From Leptospira sp. (GTDB lineage: Bacteria; Spirochaetota; Leptospiria; Leptospirales; Leptospiraceae), in contig JAWXAQ010000027.1 of NCBI GenBank assembly GCA_034439575.1, forward strand, positions 128,001 through 192,000: a DNA stretch of 64,000 nt. Direction: 5' to 3'. How positions within the stretch are numbered: the stretch's first letter is position 1; each line of letters opens with the position of its first letter. Of this stretch, positions 31,612 through 43,387 are shown piece after piece. The notes beneath the pieces were generated by a model. It ran no database searches. It saw only the letters and a list, made by a program, of their open reading frames with translations, and was not told the origin of the DNA. The position numbers and the translations under genes were made by a program.

Positions 31612-33498
31612 ATGAACTACGTCACAATAGGTATCTTTGCTCACATTGATTCAGGAAAGACTACCTTAACGGAACAAATTCTATTCCAAGCAAATTTGAT
31701 TTCCGCTGTGGGTAATATTGAAGATGGAACTACCGAGTCGGATTCACTCTCAGAAGAAATAGAAAGGGGGATTTCGATACGCTCTAGTTTTCATCTCGTA
31801 CCTTGGGTATTTGAAAATAAAGAATACAAACTTCAATTTGTCGATACGCCAGGTCATATCGATTTTCGTAACCAAGTCACTGATATTTTACCCGCCATAG
31901 AATATGCCATCATTGTTTTGGAAGCAGGCTCCCTTGTTCAATCGCAAGCTCGCCTAATCATCGAAGAATGTAAGGCACACAATATTCCCATGATATTCTT
32001 TATCAATAAGTTGGATAAGTTTACCGACTTTTTGGACAATTTGATCGACCTAGAAGATATTTTAGGAAAATCACCTGTCGTTCTTTTTGAAGGGGAATCT
32101 GATTTAACTCACATTAAATTCTTTCCACATACAACAGAACCCTTTTCAGATCAGATCAAAGACGAACTGATACAATGGTCTGATGAATTAGTTATATCCT
32201 CTTGGGAAAATACGAGTTCAAAAGATAAACTTGCTCTGAAAGGTTTAATCGAAGGAACTAATGTCTGTAAATTGTATCCTGCTTACGGGGGATCAGCAAA
32301 ATCAGGGGCAGGGGTTAGAGAGTTATTAGATCTAGTATGTTTATTAACAATGGTTGAAAAAAAAGGATCAAAAGATACAGAGCAATTTGTTTTAGCTCGC
32401 AGAATTCATCCAGATAACGGCCGCTATTCGGTGATTTACACCAAAGACAGAATATCCTTTCCCTTCCAATATAAGTCCAAGTCTGATAATTACCGCATTG
32501 CCATAGCTTACAAATTAAATGAAAATACTTTTGAGCGCATAACAGAAGCAGATGCCTCTATGTTGTATGTCTTGCCTTTTGATCCAAAATATGTTTGTTT
32601 GCCAGGTTTTAACATTATGTCGCCTAAATACTCTGAGCTAACCTTGGAAAATGGGCAATTCTTAAGAAGTCCCTTTTTGCTAAATCTAGAACCAGAACTT
32701 TCCGAAGAAAAAGAATTTTGGCTTACTAGACTTAGCGAACTGTCTTGGGAAGACCCAAGTTATGTCACAAAGGAAAATGGGGAGACTGGACAGATTGAAC
32801 TTTCGGGTAGGGGTGAGCTTCATCTTGAAATTGGAGTGCAAAGAATCCAAGAAAATACGAAAAAAAAATTACATATCAGTGCGATAAACATTGCGAGATT
32901 TGAGCGCTTCAAGAAAGTGACACATAAGGTTGCACTAGAGCATCGTGCCTTTGAAGATTCAAAGTCAAGTGGTACGCTCACCGCATTCCTGGAAGATACT
33001 GCCGATTTTTCAAAGCAAGTTGCCTTTGAGGTAAGTCTTCCGGAAGAAGTTAAAAACTCGATTGAGACCGCTTTCTATGAATCCGCTTCGGTGGGATTCT
33101 TCGGTTATGACGTATTAGGTGTTCGATTGCGAGTGATCGCTTTTGATATGCCTCTTTCAGGTAGGGAGTTCGCGCCGTCCTTATTGAAAGTTGCCGTTCA
33201 TATCGGAATGAAAGAAGGGTTTCATGAGAACACCGAGATCATCGGACCGCAAACAGAGTTAGAAATACTCGTGGATGCGATTCATGTAGGTGTAGTTCTT
33301 TCTGAGTTAAACCGTCGTTCTGCGAAAATCCATTCGGTGGATGAAGAACGGGCAGGTAAGAGTCGCTTAAAAGCCACGGCATCGGCACAAAACATGCTTG
33401 GCTTTTCAGGGGCTCTTAGAAACATGACCAAAGGGATTGGCATTTCTTGGGAAAGGACTGCTTTAACCTCTGAAATTTATGCAGTTCTAAAGGAGTAA
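31612..33498 (+). CDS. Divergent elongation factor G-like translational GTPase
   Basis: AHIDSGKTT, ERGISI, DTPGH, NKLD, GSA, EDPS, GRGELHLEI; occupies the fusA position but only 628 aa and strongly diverged. Confidence 0.85.
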   Translation: MNYVTIGIFAHIDSGKTTLTEQILFQANLISAVGNIEDGTTESDSLSEEIERGISIRSSFHLVPWVFENKEYKLQFVDTPGHIDFRNQVTDILPAIEYAIIVLEAGSLVQSQARLIIEECKAHNIPMIFFINKLDKFTDFLDNLIDLEDILGKSPVVLFEGESDLTHIKFFPHTTEPFSDQIKDELIQWSDELVISSWENTSSKDKLALKGLIEGTNVCKLYPAYGGSAKSGAGVRELLDLVCLLTMVEKKGSKDTEQFVLARRIHPDNGRYSVIYTKDRISFPFQYKSKSDNYRIAIAYKLNENTFERITEADASMLYVLPFDPKYVCLPGFNIMSPKYSELTLENGQFLRSPFLLNLEPELSEEKEFWLTRLSELSWEDPSYVTKENGETGQIELSGRGELHLEIGVQRIQENTKKKLHISAINIARFERFKKVTHKVALEHRAFEDSKSSGTLTAFLEDTADFSKQVAFEVSLPEEVKNSIETAFYESASVGFFGYDVLGVRLRVIAFDMPLSGREFAPSLLKVAVHIGMKEGFHENTEIIGPQTELEILVDAIHVGVVLSELNRRSAKIHSVDEERAGKSRLKATASAQNMLGFSGALRNMTKGIGISWERTALTSEIYAVLKE

Positions 33499-33546
33499 AG
33501 AACCCGAATCGGGTCTTGCACCACGATTGAGGAGTAGATTCTAACA

Positions 33547-34752
33547 ATGGCTAAAGAAAAATTTGACCGTTCAAAACCACACTTAAACATCGGAACAATT
33601 GGTCACGTTGACCACGGTAAAACTACGTTAACTGCTGCTATTACAACTACACTAGCTAAAATAGTGGGTGGTAAAAACAAAGCGGTAGCGTATGACCAAA
33701 TTGATAACGCACCTGAAGAAAAGGCTCGTGGGATTACTATTGCTACTTCCCACCAAGAATATGAAACTCCTAATCGTCATTATGCGCACGTAGATTGTCC
33801 AGGTCACGCCGACTATGTTAAAAACATGATTACCGGTGCCGCTCAGATGGATGCTGCTATATTGGTTGTTTCTGCAACTGACGGAGCCATGCCGCAAACG
33901 AAAGAACACATCCTTCTTGCTCGCCAAGTTGGTGTTCCATACATCGTAGTTTATTTAAACAAAGCTGACATGCTTGCTGCTGATGAAAGAGACGATATGA
34001 TTGAAATGGTTAAAGAAGAGATCAAAGACCTTCTTAACAAATACAATTTCCCTGGTGATAAAACACCTTTCGTTTCTGGTTCAGCTCTTAAAGCACTTGA
34101 AGGCGAAGATTCAGACCTTGGAATGAAATCAATTGTTAAGCTTATGGAAGCTGTTGATTCCTATGTTCCAAATCCTACTAGAATCATCGACAAACCTTTC
34201 CTTATGCCTGTTGAAGACGTTTTCTCGATCACTGGTCGTGGAACTGTTGCTACTGGTCGTGTTGAGCAAGGTATTCTTAAAATCAATGATGAGATCGAAA
34301 TCGTTGGTATCCGTGATACTACGAAGTCGGTTGTTACTGGAATTGAAATGTTCCGTAAACTTCTAGACCAAGCAGAAGCTGGCGACAATATCGGCGCTCT
34401 TCTTCGTGGAACAAAAAAAGAAGACATCGAGAGAGGACAAGTTCTTGCGAAACCAGGAACTATCACTCCACACAGAAAATTTAAAGCTGAAGTTTACGTT
34501 CTCACTAAAGATGAAGGTGGACGTCATACTCCATTCTTTAATAACTATCGCCCACAGTTCTACTTCAGAACTACAGACATCACTGGTGTTTGTAACCTGC
34601 CTGCAGGTATGGAAATGGTTATGCCAGGTGACAACGTTACGATGTCAATTGAGTTGATTCATCCGATTGCGATGGACCAAGGACTAAAATTCGCTATCCG
34701 TGAGGGTGGAAGAACGATCGGTTCTGGTGTTGTTGCGGAGATCGTTGAGTAA
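33547..34752 (+). CDS. tuf: Elongation factor Tu
   Basis: [36 protein letters not shown]. Confidence 0.99.
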   Translation: MAKEKFDRSKPHLNIGTIGHVDHGKTTLTAAITTTLAKIVGGKNKAVAYDQIDNAPEEKARGITIATSHQEYETPNRHYAHVDCPGHADYVKNMITGAAQMDAAILVVSATDGAMPQTKEHILLARQVGVPYIVVYLNKADMLAADERDDMIEMVKEEIKDLLNKYNFPGDKTPFVSGSALKALEGEDSDLGMKSIVKLMEAVDSYVPNPTRIIDKPFLMPVEDVFSITGRGTVATGRVEQGILKINDEIEIVGIRDTTKSVVTGIEMFRKLLDQAEAGDNIGALLRGTKKEDIERGQVLAKPGTITPHRKFKAEVYVLTKDEGGRHTPFFNNYRPQFYFRTTDITGVCNLPAGMEMVMPGDNVTMSIELIHPIAMDQGLKFAIREGGRTIGSGVVAEIVE

Positions 34753-34756
34753 TTAA

Positions 34757-35065
34757 ATGGCAGGACAAAGAATTCGCGTTAAGTTGAAAGCTTTCGATCA
34801 TAGGTTGATAGACCAATCAACTTATGAGATCGTTGCGACTGCGAAAAGGACCGGAGCTACTGTTTCCGGTCCCATTCCACTCCCAACGAAAAAAGAAATC
34901 TACACGGTTTTACGTTCCCCTCACGTGAATAAAAAAGCTAGGGAACAATTCGAAATGAGAACTCATAAGAGACTCATAGATATTTTAAATACTAATGAAG
35001 ATACTGTAGAGGCTCTAATGAAGCTTCAACTCCCGGCGGGAGTCTCAGTGGACATTAAATCCTAA
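34757..35065 (+). CDS. rpsJ: 30S ribosomal protein S10
   Basis: [22 protein letters not shown]. Confidence 0.99.
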   Translation: MAGQRIRVKLKAFDHRLIDQSTYEIVATAKRTGATVSGPIPLPTKKEIYTVLRSPHVNKKAREQFEMRTHKRLIDILNTNEDTVEALMKLQLPAGVSVDIKS

Positions 35066-35076
35066 GGATAGGATCC

Positions 35077-35700
35077 ATGGCAAAAGGTTTACTCGGCGAA
35101 AAATTGGGCATGGCCCACATCTTTAATGACGAAGGTAAAATGGTTACTGTTACCATTTTGCGTGTGGGTCCTTGTTTTGTGTCACAAGTTAAGACACAGG
35201 GTGTTGATGGATATGATTCCGTCCAACTCGCGTTTGATGATTCTAAAGAAAAAAATCTTTCTAAAGCAGAGATAGGACATTTAAAAAAAGCAAATATTGC
35301 TGCAAAGCAACATCTAGCAGAATTCAAAGGTTTCGATGGCTTGACTCTCGGCGCTGAACTTAAACTAGGTGATGTCTTTGCTCTGAATGACGTTGTGAAA
35401 GTTTCTGGAACTTCTAAGGGCAAGGGAACGCAAGGTGTTGTAAAACGTCATGGTTTCGCGGGTGGTCCGAAAGGTCACGGTTCTCGTTTTCAAAGACATC
35501 CTGGATCCATTGGATCTAACACTACGCCTGGTCGTGTGTTTAAAGGATTGAAAATGGGTGGGCGAATGGGGAATGCGGAAAGCACAGTTCGTAACCTAAA
35601 AGTTGTTAAAATCGAACCAGAATCAAATTTAGTTTTTGTTTCCGGATCTGTTCCGGGACGCGACAGATCGATCATTATGATTGAGAAAACCGGTAATTAG
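35077..35700 (+). CDS. rplC: 50S ribosomal protein L3
   Basis: [26 protein letters not shown]. Confidence 0.98.
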   Translation: MAKGLLGEKLGMAHIFNDEGKMVTVTILRVGPCFVSQVKTQGVDGYDSVQLAFDDSKEKNLSKAEIGHLKKANIAAKQHLAEFKGFDGLTLGAELKLGDVFALNDVVKVSGTSKGKGTQGVVKRHGFAGGPKGHGSRFQRHPGSIGSNTTPGRVFKGLKMGGRMGNAESTVRNLKVVKIEPESNLVFVSGSVPGRDRSIIMIEKTGN

Positions 35701-35708
35701 GAAAAGAT

Positions 35709-36344
35709 ATGAAAGCACGTAAATATAATAAAGAGGGAGTCTTCGTTAGCGAAGTCGAATTGCCAGCAAATTTATTTGGAACTGGTATCTCCCTTGGTGC
35801 CATCTACGACGCAGTAAAAGCTGAAAATGCAAATATGCGTCAAGGAACACATTCTACAAAAGACAGATCGGAAGTAAGAGGTGGTGGTAAAAAACCATGG
35901 GCTCAAAAAGGTACAGGTCGTGCTCGTCAAGGTTCGATTCGTGCACCTCATTTCGTGGGTGGTGGTATCATTCACGGACCAAAGCCTAGAGATTATTCTT
36001 CTAACCTTTCGCGTTCTGTTAAGAAAAAAGCTGTGCTTTCTATTTTAAATAAAAAAGCAGAAGAGAGCCGCATTTCCATTATTGAAGATGTGGAACCATC
36101 AGCTTATTCTACGAAGTCAATTTTTAATATCTTAAAGAAAATGGAAATTGCGGACAAAGGAAATGTTGGTTTGGTTGTAGCTGGTGAAAACCAGTTCTTA
36201 AAAAGATCAACTCGCAATATCGAAAATCTAAAGTATGTAAACAGCAAACGTATGGTTTGTCGTGATATTCTTTATAACAATAACTTAATCATCGCTGAGA
36301 GTGCTCTTAAAGAGTTAGTTGCTCAGTATAGTAAGCAGGCATAA
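35709..36344 (+). CDS. rplD: 50S ribosomal protein L4
   Basis: [15 protein letters not shown]. Confidence 0.98.
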   Translation: MKARKYNKEGVFVSEVELPANLFGTGISLGAIYDAVKAENANMRQGTHSTKDRSEVRGGGKKPWAQKGTGRARQGSIRAPHFVGGGIIHGPKPRDYSSNLSRSVKKKAVLSILNKKAEESRISIIEDVEPSAYSTKSIFNILKKMEIADKGNVGLVVAGENQFLKRSTRNIENLKYVNSKRMVCRDILYNNNLIIAESALKELVAQYSKQA

Positions 36345-36348
36345 TAAA

Positions 36349-36654
36349 GTGAACCTTGAAAATGTAATCTTATCACCTGTTGTGACTGAAAAATCACAAG
36401 AATTACAATCCATTGGCGAAAGAATGGGAAAAAGAACTGTTAAGTATACGTTTAAAGTTCACCCTGACGCTAATAAAACGCTCGTTAAGCAAGCGTTAAA
36501 GAAAATGTATAATGTTGTTCCATCAGCTGTGAATATCGCAGTGTTTCGTGGAAAAATGAAAAAATTCCGCAATATGCCTTCGCAAAGACCTCATTACAAG
36601 AAAGCTGTAGTGACTTTTGTTGATGGTGCGAATCTGGATTTTGCTAAGGTTTAA
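36349..36654 (+). CDS. rplW: 50S ribosomal protein L23
   Basis: PVVTEKS, YKKAVVT; GTG start at 36349 preferred over 36319. Confidence 0.92.
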   Translation: MNLENVILSPVVTEKSQELQSIGERMGKRTVKYTFKVHPDANKTLVKQALKKMYNVVPSAVNIAVFRGKMKKFRNMPSQRPHYKKAVVTFVDGANLDFAKV

Positions 36655-36656
36655 TC

Positions 36657-37493
36657 ATGGGAATTAGAAAACTAAAACCAACGACTCAGAGCTCACGTTT
36701 CTATTCTGTTCTTGATTTCAAAGAAGTGACAGAAGCAGTACCGTACAAACCTTTAACTACAAATACTAACTACAAAGCTGGCCGCAGTAATGATGGTCGC
36801 ATTGCTGTTCGTCGTAAAGGTGGAAGGAACAAAAGAAAGTTCAGAATCATAGATTTCAAAAGAAACAAAGTAGGGATTCCTGCTTCTGTAAAAACAATTG
36901 AATATGATCCAAACCGTTCTGCATTTATCGCACTTGTTTGTTATGCGGACGGCGAATACAGATATATATTAGCACCTCATGGTCTTAAAGTGGGAGACAA
37001 AGTTCTCTCTGGACCTACAGCAGAAATCAAACTAGGGAATACACTTCCTTTAGACAAAATTCCTGCGGGAACAAATGTTCATAATATCGAATTGCACATT
37101 GGCAAAGGTGGTCAGATCGCAAGAACTGCCGGATCCTTTGCGGTAATTGCGGCAAAAGACGGTGACTACGTTAGTCTTAGACTTCCTTCTTCGGAAGTTC
37201 GTAAGATCAGAAAAGAATGTGTCGCAACCATTGGTGAACTTTCCAACAAAGACCACAACCAAGTCATCATTGGTAAAGCTGGTAGAAATCGTTGGTTAGG
37301 TAAAAGACCAAAAGTAAGAGGCGTTGTCATGAACCCAGTGGATCACCCACTCGGTGGTGGGGAAGGTAGAACTTCCGGTGGACGTCATCCAGTAACTCCG
37401 TGGGGAAAACCAACAAAAGGTTGGAAAACTCGCAAAACGAAGCCTTCAGACCGCTTCATTGTCCAAAGACGTAAGAAAAATAGAAATAGGTAG
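36657..37493 (+). CDS. rplB: 50S ribosomal protein L2
   Basis: [22 protein letters not shown]. Confidence 0.99.
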   Translation: MGIRKLKPTTQSSRFYSVLDFKEVTEAVPYKPLTTNTNYKAGRSNDGRIAVRRKGGRNKRKFRIIDFKRNKVGIPASVKTIEYDPNRSAFIALVCYADGEYRYILAPHGLKVGDKVLSGPTAEIKLGNTLPLDKIPAGTNVHNIELHIGKGGQIARTAGSFAVIAAKDGDYVSLRLPSSEVRKIRKECVATIGELSNKDHNQVIIGKAGRNRWLGKRPKVRGVVMNPVDHPLGGGEGRTSGGRHPVTPWGKPTKGWKTRKTKPSDRFIVQRRKKNRNR

Positions 37494-37506
37494 GATCTAG
37501 AGTTCC

Positions 37507-37785
37507 ATGGCTAGAAGCTTAAAAAAAGGTCCCTTTATCGACGACCACCTCATGAAAAAGATCACCAAGTTAAACTCGGAAGGGAAAAAAAACCCATTCA
37601 AGTCTTGGTCAAGAAGAAGCACAATCTATCCTGATATGATTGGGCATACCGTAATGATTCACAATGGAAAGTCTTTCGTTCCAGTTTATGTAAACGAGAA
37701 CATGATTGGCCACAAACTTGGTGAATTTGCTCCTACTAGAACCTTCCGAGGTCATGGTGGGGACAAAAAAGTAGCGAAGAAATAG
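37507..37785 (+). CDS. rpsS: 30S ribosomal protein S19
   Basis: [19 protein letters not shown]. Confidence 0.99.
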   Translation: MARSLKKGPFIDDHLMKKITKLNSEGKKNPFKSWSRRSTIYPDMIGHTVMIHNGKSFVPVYVNENMIGHKLGEFAPTRTFRGHGGDKKVAKK

Positions 37786-37794
37786 GATTAGAGA

Positions 37795-38145
37795 ATGGAA
37801 GCCAAAGCAGTAGCGAAACACGTAAGAATTTCTGCTCGTAAAGCAAGACTTGTAGCAGATGAAATTCGCGGTTACGATTATAAAGAAGCGATTGATATCC
37901 TTCGTTTTACAAACAAAGCAGCAAGTTCAATGATCATTAACCTCTTGAACTCGGCAGTTGCGAATGCGATTCAAATGAATGAATCCCTTGATCCATCTAG
38001 CCTTTTTGTTAAAAAGATCTACATCGATGATGGTCCCATTATGAAACGTTATCGTCCTCGTGCACGTGGTCGTGCTTCAAGGATTCGTAAAAGACTAAGC
38101 CACATAACAGTGGTAGTTTCTGAGATAGAGAAAAAGGCAAAATAG
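37795..38145 (+). CDS. rplV: 50S ribosomal protein L22
   Basis: [18 protein letters not shown]. Confidence 0.98.
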   Translation: MEAKAVAKHVRISARKARLVADEIRGYDYKEAIDILRFTNKAASSMIINLLNSAVANAIQMNESLDPSSLFVKKIYIDDGPIMKRYRPRARGRASRIRKRLSHITVVVSEIEKKAK

Positions 38146-38148
38146 TAT

Positions 38149-38826
38149 ATGGGTCAAAAAGTAAATCCAATTGGTCTTCGTATCGGAATCACAAGAAATT
38201 GGGACTCCATCTGGTTTTCAAAACAAGATTATATTAAAAATCTTCACGAAGATATCAAAATTAGAAGGTTCTTACAAAAGAAGTTTAAAAATGCCTCTGT
38301 TGTAAAGATCGTAATCGAAAGATTTCCTGAAAAAATAAATATCAACCTTCATACAGCTAAGCCTGGTATGGTGATTGGCCAAAAAGGTCAGAACATTGAA
38401 GCAGTGAAACAAGACCTCAAAAAGATGGCCGATAAACCAATTGGCATGAACATCATTGAAGTTAAAAAACCTGAAATCATTGCACAAGCGATCGCAGAAA
38501 CTGTAGCTCTTCAAATTGAGCAACGTATGCCTTTCCGTCGAGTTATGAAAGCTGAGTTAAGACGTGCTATGCGTGGTGGAGTTGAAGGTGTTAAAATCCA
38601 GATCTCCGGACGTTTGAACGGGGCAGATATGGCTCGGACTGAAAAGTATATGGAAGGACGAGTTCCATTACATACACTTCGCGCAAAAATCGATTTCGGA
38701 TTCAAAGAAGCACTTACTACATTTGGACAAATTGGTGTAAAGGTTTGGACTTATACGGGAGATTATTTCCCGACAAAAGAAGAATCAGAAGAAGATAAGT
38801 ACGCTGTTAAACGAAGAACAAGTTAA
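38149..38826 (+). CDS. rpsC: 30S ribosomal protein S3
   Basis: [21 protein letters not shown]. Confidence 0.99.
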   Translation: MGQKVNPIGLRIGITRNWDSIWFSKQDYIKNLHEDIKIRRFLQKKFKNASVVKIVIERFPEKININLHTAKPGMVIGQKGQNIEAVKQDLKKMADKPIGMNIIEVKKPEIIAQAIAETVALQIEQRMPFRRVMKAELRRAMRGGVEGVKIQISGRLNGADMARTEKYMEGRVPLHTLRAKIDFGFKEALTTFGQIGVKVWTYTGDYFPTKEESEEDKYAVKRRTS

Positions 38827-38848
38827 GAACTGATAAAGAGAAACTAAA

Positions 38849-39262
38849 ATGTTAGCACCTAAGCGAGTTAAATTTAGAAAACGCCAAAGAGGGCGTCTGA
38901 AAGGCAAAGACGAAAGAGGTTCTTACGTCGCTTTTGGAGAATACGGATTAAAAGCCATTAGTTCAGGAAGAATCACAGCTCGCCAAATTGAGGCAGCTAG
39001 GATTACCATCAACCGCCAAGTAAAACGTGGTGGGAAATTATGGATTCGTATTTTTCCTCATCTACCTATTACCAAAAAACCTGCTGAAACCAGGATGGGT
39101 AAAGGAAAGGGAAATCCAGAATTCTGGATTGCTGAGATTCGTCCAGGCCGTGTTCTTTTTGAAATGGCGGGTATAGACGAAGAAACAGCAAGAAAAGCTC
39201 TCCACCTAGCTGCATTTAAACTGCCAGTGGAAACAGCTTTCGTTAAGAGGAACATACTATGA
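38849..39262 (+). CDS. rplP: 50S ribosomal protein L16
   Basis: [12 protein letters not shown]. Confidence 0.99.
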   Translation: MLAPKRVKFRKRQRGRLKGKDERGSYVAFGEYGLKAISSGRITARQIEAARITINRQVKRGGKLWIRIFPHLPITKKPAETRMGKGKGNPEFWIAEIRPGRVLFEMAGIDEETARKALHLAAFKLPVETAFVKRNIL

Positions 39263-39531
39263 AAGATAATTTTAAATCTTTATCTGCAGATGAATTGAAA
39301 AAAGAAATTCAATCTTCTTCAGAAGAAGTTAGAAAAGCAAGATTTCAATATGGTGTTACTAGATCTCTTGAGAATCCTAGAGTGATTAGAAATCATAAAA
39401 AAAGAATCGCCCAAGCTCTTACCATCATTCGTGAGAAAGAGTTAACAGCCGCTGGAAAGTTAAAACAAATTCCAGCTAAAGCAGGTAAGCCAGCGCAAGC
39501 AGCAAAACCAGCTAAGGGCAAGAAGAAGTAG
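39259..39531 (+). CDS. rpmC: 50S ribosomal protein L29 (C-terminally extended)
   Basis: [17 protein letters not shown]; synteny. Confidence 0.92.
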   Translation: MKDNFKSLSADELKKEIQSSSEEVRKARFQYGVTRSLENPRVIRNHKKRIAQALTIIREKELTAAGKLKQIPAKAGKPAQAAKPAKGKKK

Positions 39532-39534
39532 GTT

Positions 39535-39804
39535 ATGGAAGATAAGAACGCAAAAAAATCTTTAACCATACAGGGTGTCGTAGTTAGCGATGCGATGGAT
39601 AAAACTGTAGTGATTGAAGTGATCACTAGAAAAGTTCATCCTCGTTTCAAAAAAATTATGACAAAGACATCCCGTGTGAAGATCCACGATGAGAAAAACG
39701 AATGTCAAGTTGGCGACCGAGTGATCGCAGTTGAAACTCGCCCTCTTTCAAAACAAAAACACCACAAGCTCCTGAAAGTGGTAGAAAAGGCTAAACTAGT
39801 ATGA
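39535..39804 (+). CDS. rpsQ: 30S ribosomal protein S17
   Basis: [16 protein letters not shown]. Confidence 0.98.
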   Translation: MEDKNAKKSLTIQGVVVSDAMDKTVVIEVITRKVHPRFKKIMTKTSRVKIHDEKNECQVGDRVIAVETRPLSKQKHHKLLKVVEKAKLV

Positions 39805-40193
39805 TCCAGCAAGAAACTATTTTACAAGTTGCCGATAACTCGGGTGTAAAAAAAGTCATGTGCGTTAAAGTACTTGGCGGCTCAAAGAAACGTTATGCGA
39901 CTCTCGGTGACGAAATCATAGTAGCTGTTAAGGATGCACAACCTGCCTACGGTCTCCGTGATGGTCAGGGTAAAAAAGTTCACAACAAGGCTGTTCAAAG
40001 AGCTGTTGTTGTTCGAACCAAAAAGGAAGTTCGTAGAGCAGACGGAACTTACATTCGTTTTGATGATAACGCTGTCGCTATCATTGATGACAAAGGTAAT
40101 CCTAAAGGAACCCGTATTTTCGGGCCAGTAGCTCGTGAACTTCGTGATAAAAAATACATGAAAATCATCTCTCTTGCTCCGGAGGTTCTATAA
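39801..40193 (+). CDS. rplN: 50S ribosomal protein L14
   Basis: [18 protein letters not shown]. Confidence 0.99.
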   Translation: MIQQETILQVADNSGVKKVMCVKVLGGSKKRYATLGDEIIVAVKDAQPAYGLRDGQGKKVHNKAVQRAVVVRTKKEVRRADGTYIRFDDNAVAIIDDKGNPKGTRIFGPVARELRDKKYMKIISLAPEVL

Positions 40194-40194
40194 A

Positions 40195-40578
40195 ATGGCC
40201 ACTAAGTTAGCTTATCGTGGGTCGGAGCCTACGAAATTTAAAAAAACCAAGATCAAAAAAGACGATGAAGTTTTGGTCATTGCCGGAAAAGAAAAAGGCA
40301 AAAAAGGAAAGGTTTTAGCAGTCGATAAACGTAAAGATCGTGTTTACATCGAAGGCGTAAACAAAAGACGTCGTTACGTTCGACCAACGCAAGAAAACCC
40401 ACAAGGTGGGGCGATTGAAATCGAATTCCCGATCCACCTTTCCAACGTTATGTTTTCGGATGCTAAAGCTGATAACAAGGCTAAGCCAAAGAAGAAAATT
40501 AAGGCTGTACGCTTAGGGTTTTTGAAAAAAGATGGAAAAACCGTAAGAGTGACTCGCCCTGAAGGGAAAGAAGTTTAA
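40195..40578 (+). CDS. rplX: 50S ribosomal protein L24
   Basis: [16 protein letters not shown] motif; ATG at 40195 with GGAGG SD inside rplN. Confidence 0.95.
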   Translation: MATKLAYRGSEPTKFKKTKIKKDDEVLVIAGKEKGKKGKVLAVDKRKDRVYIEGVNKRRRYVRPTQENPQGGAIEIEFPIHLSNVMFSDAKADNKAKPKKKIKAVRLGFLKKDGKTVRVTRPEGKEV

Positions 40579-40580
40579 AC

Positions 40581-41132
40581 ATGATACCTAGGCTTAAAGA
40601 TAAATACGAAAAGGTCATTCGCCCAAGTCTCCAAAAAGAACTTGGTTTTGAGAGTGTAATGCGTGTGCCTAAACTTGAAAAAATCGTAATCAATGTTGGG
40701 ATGGGCGAAGCTCATACCAACCCAAAAGCGATGGAAGCATGTTTAGTAGAAATTGGTCAAATCACAGGCCAAAGACCAGTAAAGACTTTTGCAAAGAAGT
40801 CAATCGCTGGTTTTAAAGTCCGTGAGGGTATGGTGCTTGGTTGCAAAGTTACCCTTCGTGGAAACTACATGTATGAGTTTCTTGACCGTTTTATAAACGT
40901 TGCTCTTCCGAGGGTTCGTGACTTTCGCGGGGTCAATCCAAAAGGATTCGATGGTCGTGGAAATTACAACTTATCCGTAAAAGAACAAATCATTTTTCCT
41001 GAAATCCATTTTGATAAGATCAATACGATTTATGGAATTAACATTACCTTTGTCACAAGTACAGAAGAAGACAAAGAAGCGTACGAATTATTTCAAGCTT
41101 TCGGCATGCCTTATCGTGCCGGGGGAAAATAG
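40581..41132 (+). CDS. rplE: 50S ribosomal protein L5
   Basis: [25 protein letters not shown]. Confidence 0.99.
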   Translation: MIPRLKDKYEKVIRPSLQKELGFESVMRVPKLEKIVINVGMGEAHTNPKAMEACLVEIGQITGQRPVKTFAKKSIAGFKVREGMVLGCKVTLRGNYMYEFLDRFINVALPRVRDFRGVNPKGFDGRGNYNLSVKEQIIFPEIHFDKINTIYGINITFVTSTEEDKEAYELFQAFGMPYRAGGK

Positions 41133-41141
41133 GAGAGAGTC

Positions 41142-41327
41142 ATGGCGAAAAAATCGATGATGGAACGCCACGCCAAAAAGCAAAAATTCAAAGTGAGAGA
41201 GTACAATCGTTGCCCTCTTTGTGGTCGCTCACGCGCTTATTTGCGCCGCTTTGATATGTGTCGTCTATGCTTCCGTGATTTAGCTAGTAAAGCTCAAATC
41301 CCTGGCGTAAGAAAATCCTCCTGGTAG
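41142..41327 (+). CDS. rpsN: 30S ribosomal protein S14, zinc-binding (type Z)
   Basis: 61 aa with CPLC...CRLC. Confidence 0.97.
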   Translation: MAKKSMMERHAKKQKFKVREYNRCPLCGRSRAYLRRFDMCRLCFRDLASKAQIPGVRKSSW

Positions 41328-41349
41328 AATGTAGGAAAGGTTAATAAGA

Positions 41350-41748
41350 ATGAGTCTTTCAGATCCTATAGCAGATATGCTAACCCGAATCCGCAATGCA
41401 CAACAAGCTAAACATGAATTGTGTGTGATTCCGGGAAGTAAAATCAAAAAATCAATCCTAGACCTTCTCAAAGAAGAAGGTTTCGTAGATGAAATACAAA
41501 CAGTAAAGAATGGAAGTTTTGATGATTTCCAAGTTAAGCTAAAGTATGACCTCAATAAAAAACCCGTGATCAGAATGATCGAACGCGTGTCTACCCCTGG
41601 TAGACGTGTTTATATTCAATCATCGGAAATTCGTCCATTCAGAAACAATATCGGGACGATGATCCTTTCCACATCTAAAGGTGTGATGACAGGAAAACGA
41701 GCTCGAAAACTCAAGGTAGGAGGGGAAGTTCTTTGTAAGGTATTCTAA
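41350..41748 (+). CDS. rpsH: 30S ribosomal protein S8
   Basis: [20 protein letters not shown]. Confidence 0.99.
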   Translation: MSLSDPIADMLTRIRNAQQAKHELCVIPGSKIKKSILDLLKEEGFVDEIQTVKNGSFDDFQVKLKYDLNKKPVIRMIERVSTPGRRVYIQSSEIRPFRNNIGTMILSTSKGVMTGKRARKLKVGGEVLCKVF

Positions 41749-41768
41749 CCAAACAAAGGATCATCATC

Positions 41769-42308
41769 ATGTCTCGAGTCGGAAAAAGTATTATAAAATT
41801 ACCAGCAAAAGTTGAAATAAAAACAGATGCTAGCTCAATAACCGTAAAGGGCCCATTAGGCGAGCTTAAATCTCCAATTTATGAAGGTGTAGCGGCAAAA
41901 GTAGAGAATGGAGAACTTGTTTTTACAAGAAACAGCGAAGACCAAAAAGTCGTAGCTCTTCATGGACTTGTACGTTCCCTCGCTATGAATAGCGTAAAGG
42001 GTGTCACTACTGGTTGGGAAAAGAATTTAGAAATTACCGGTGTTGGTTATAGAGCACAAAAGAAGGGAAAGGATCTAGTGATGAACTTAGGTTATTCTCA
42101 TGAAGTTGTTTTTCCTGAACCAGACGGTATCAAAATTGATGTTTTAGACCAGTTGAAAATCAAAGTATCAGGAATTGACCGCCAATTGGTGGGTCAAGTT
42201 GCAGCTGATATACGTTCAAAACGTCCGCCAGAACCTTACAAGGGTAAGGGCGTGAAATACGCAAACGAATATATCAGACGTAAAGCTGGTAAGACTGGTA
42301 AGAAGTAA
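41769..42308 (+). CDS. rplF: 50S ribosomal protein L6
   Basis: [15 protein letters not shown]. Confidence 0.99.
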   Translation: MSRVGKSIIKLPAKVEIKTDASSITVKGPLGELKSPIYEGVAAKVENGELVFTRNSEDQKVVALHGLVRSLAMNSVKGVTTGWEKNLEITGVGYRAQKKGKDLVMNLGYSHEVVFPEPDGIKIDVLDQLKIKVSGIDRQLVGQVAADIRSKRPPEPYKGKGVKYANEYIRRKAGKTGKK

Positions 42309-42314
42309 GTAGCT

Positions 42315-42683
42315 ATGATCAACAAGACAGCAAAAAATTTACAAAGAGCAAGGCGAACTGAAAGAGTTCGCTTCAAATTAAAAGCTACATCTGAACGTCC
42401 GAGATTAGTTTTTAATAAATCAAATCGTTATTTAACTGCACAAGTCATTGATGACCAGAAAGGTGTAACGCTTGTTTATGCAACTACTCTTGAAAAGGAT
42501 TTTCCAAAACATGAAAATTCCAAAAAGAGTAAATCTGCAGCGGTCCAATTAGGTAAACTAATTGCTGACAAAGCAAAAAAAGCAGGCGTTTCTCAAGTTG
42601 TTTTGGATCGCTCTGGTATGGTGTATCATGGTCGAATTGCTGCCTTCGCTGATTCTGCTCGCGAAGGTGGTCTGGAGTTCTAA
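42315..42683 (+). CDS. rplR: 50S ribosomal protein L18
   Basis: [23 protein letters not shown]. Confidence 0.98.
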   Translation: MINKTAKNLQRARRTERVRFKLKATSERPRLVFNKSNRYLTAQVIDDQKGVTLVYATTLEKDFPKHENSKKSKSAAVQLGKLIADKAKKAGVSQVVLDRSGMVYHGRIAAFADSAREGGLEF

Positions 42684-42684
42684 G

Positions 42685-43191
42685 ATGATTTTAGAAGAAG
42701 AAACAAAAGAATTTACTGAAAAAGTCGTAAAAATCGACCGCGTAGCCAAAGTAGTAAAGGGTGGTAGAAGGTTTTCCTTCAACGCTCTTTCTGTGGTGGG
42801 AGACTCTAAAGGCAAAGTAGGAATTGGATTTGGTAAGGCCAATGAAGTTCCAGATGCCATTCGTAAGTCTATCGAATCTGCGAAAAAAAATCTTAAATCA
42901 ATTCATTATATTGGTCACACCGTCCCTCACGATGTTATCGGAAGTTTTAAATCAGCTCGTGTGATTTTGAAACCAGCTTCTCCTGGAACTGGAATCATTG
43001 CCGGTGCTTCTGTTCGTTCTGTATTAGAAAGAGCAGGTGTACAAGATGTTTTAACTAAATCATGGGGATCATCAAATCCTATGAACATTGTTAAAGCGAC
43101 TATGGACGCATTACAGCAATTAGAAACTCCTTCTATGGCAGTGAAAAGACGTGGAGTGAGCCTCAAACACTTGTTCGGTCAAGATCTTTAA
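42685..43191 (+). CDS. rpsE: 30S ribosomal protein S5
   Basis: [14 protein letters not shown] at 42685 with GGAG SD. Confidence 0.97.
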   Translation: MILEEETKEFTEKVVKIDRVAKVVKGGRRFSFNALSVVGDSKGKVGIGFGKANEVPDAIRKSIESAKKNLKSIHYIGHTVPHDVIGSFKSARVILKPASPGTGIIAGASVRSVLERAGVQDVLTKSWGSSNPMNIVKATMDALQQLETPSMAVKRRGVSLKHLFGQDL

Positions 43192-43203
43192 AAGGAAATA
43201 GAT

Positions 43204-43383
43204 ATGGAAGAAGTATTGGTCACCCAAGAAAAAAGTTCTATTGGTATTATCCCAATCCATAAGAAAACTTTGATTGCTCTCGGTCTTCGTAAAAAAGGGC
43301 AATCACGTAAACATAAAATGACTCCGCAATTGAAGGGAATGCTTAGACAAGTTGGTTACCTTCTCAAAGTGGACAAGGTATAA
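43204..43383 (+). CDS. rpmD: 50S ribosomal protein L30 (not in ORF track, 59 aa)
   Basis: Translated by hand: [34 protein letters not shown]; between rpsE and rplO. Confidence 0.95.
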   Translation: MEEVLVTQEKSSIGIIPIHKKTLIALGLRKKGQSRKHKMTPQLKGMLRQVGYLLKVDKV

Positions 43384-43387
43384 ATAA

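Noticed and set aside
31612..33498. Calling the GTPase a TetM/TetO resistance gene or a pseudogene
   Set aside because: Sits at the ancestral fusA position with no mobile context; frame and G motifs are intact
36319..42684. Long upstream starts for rplW (36319), rplX (40174) and rpsE (42562)
   Set aside because: They overlap upstream genes; downstream GTG/ATG starts match family N-termini
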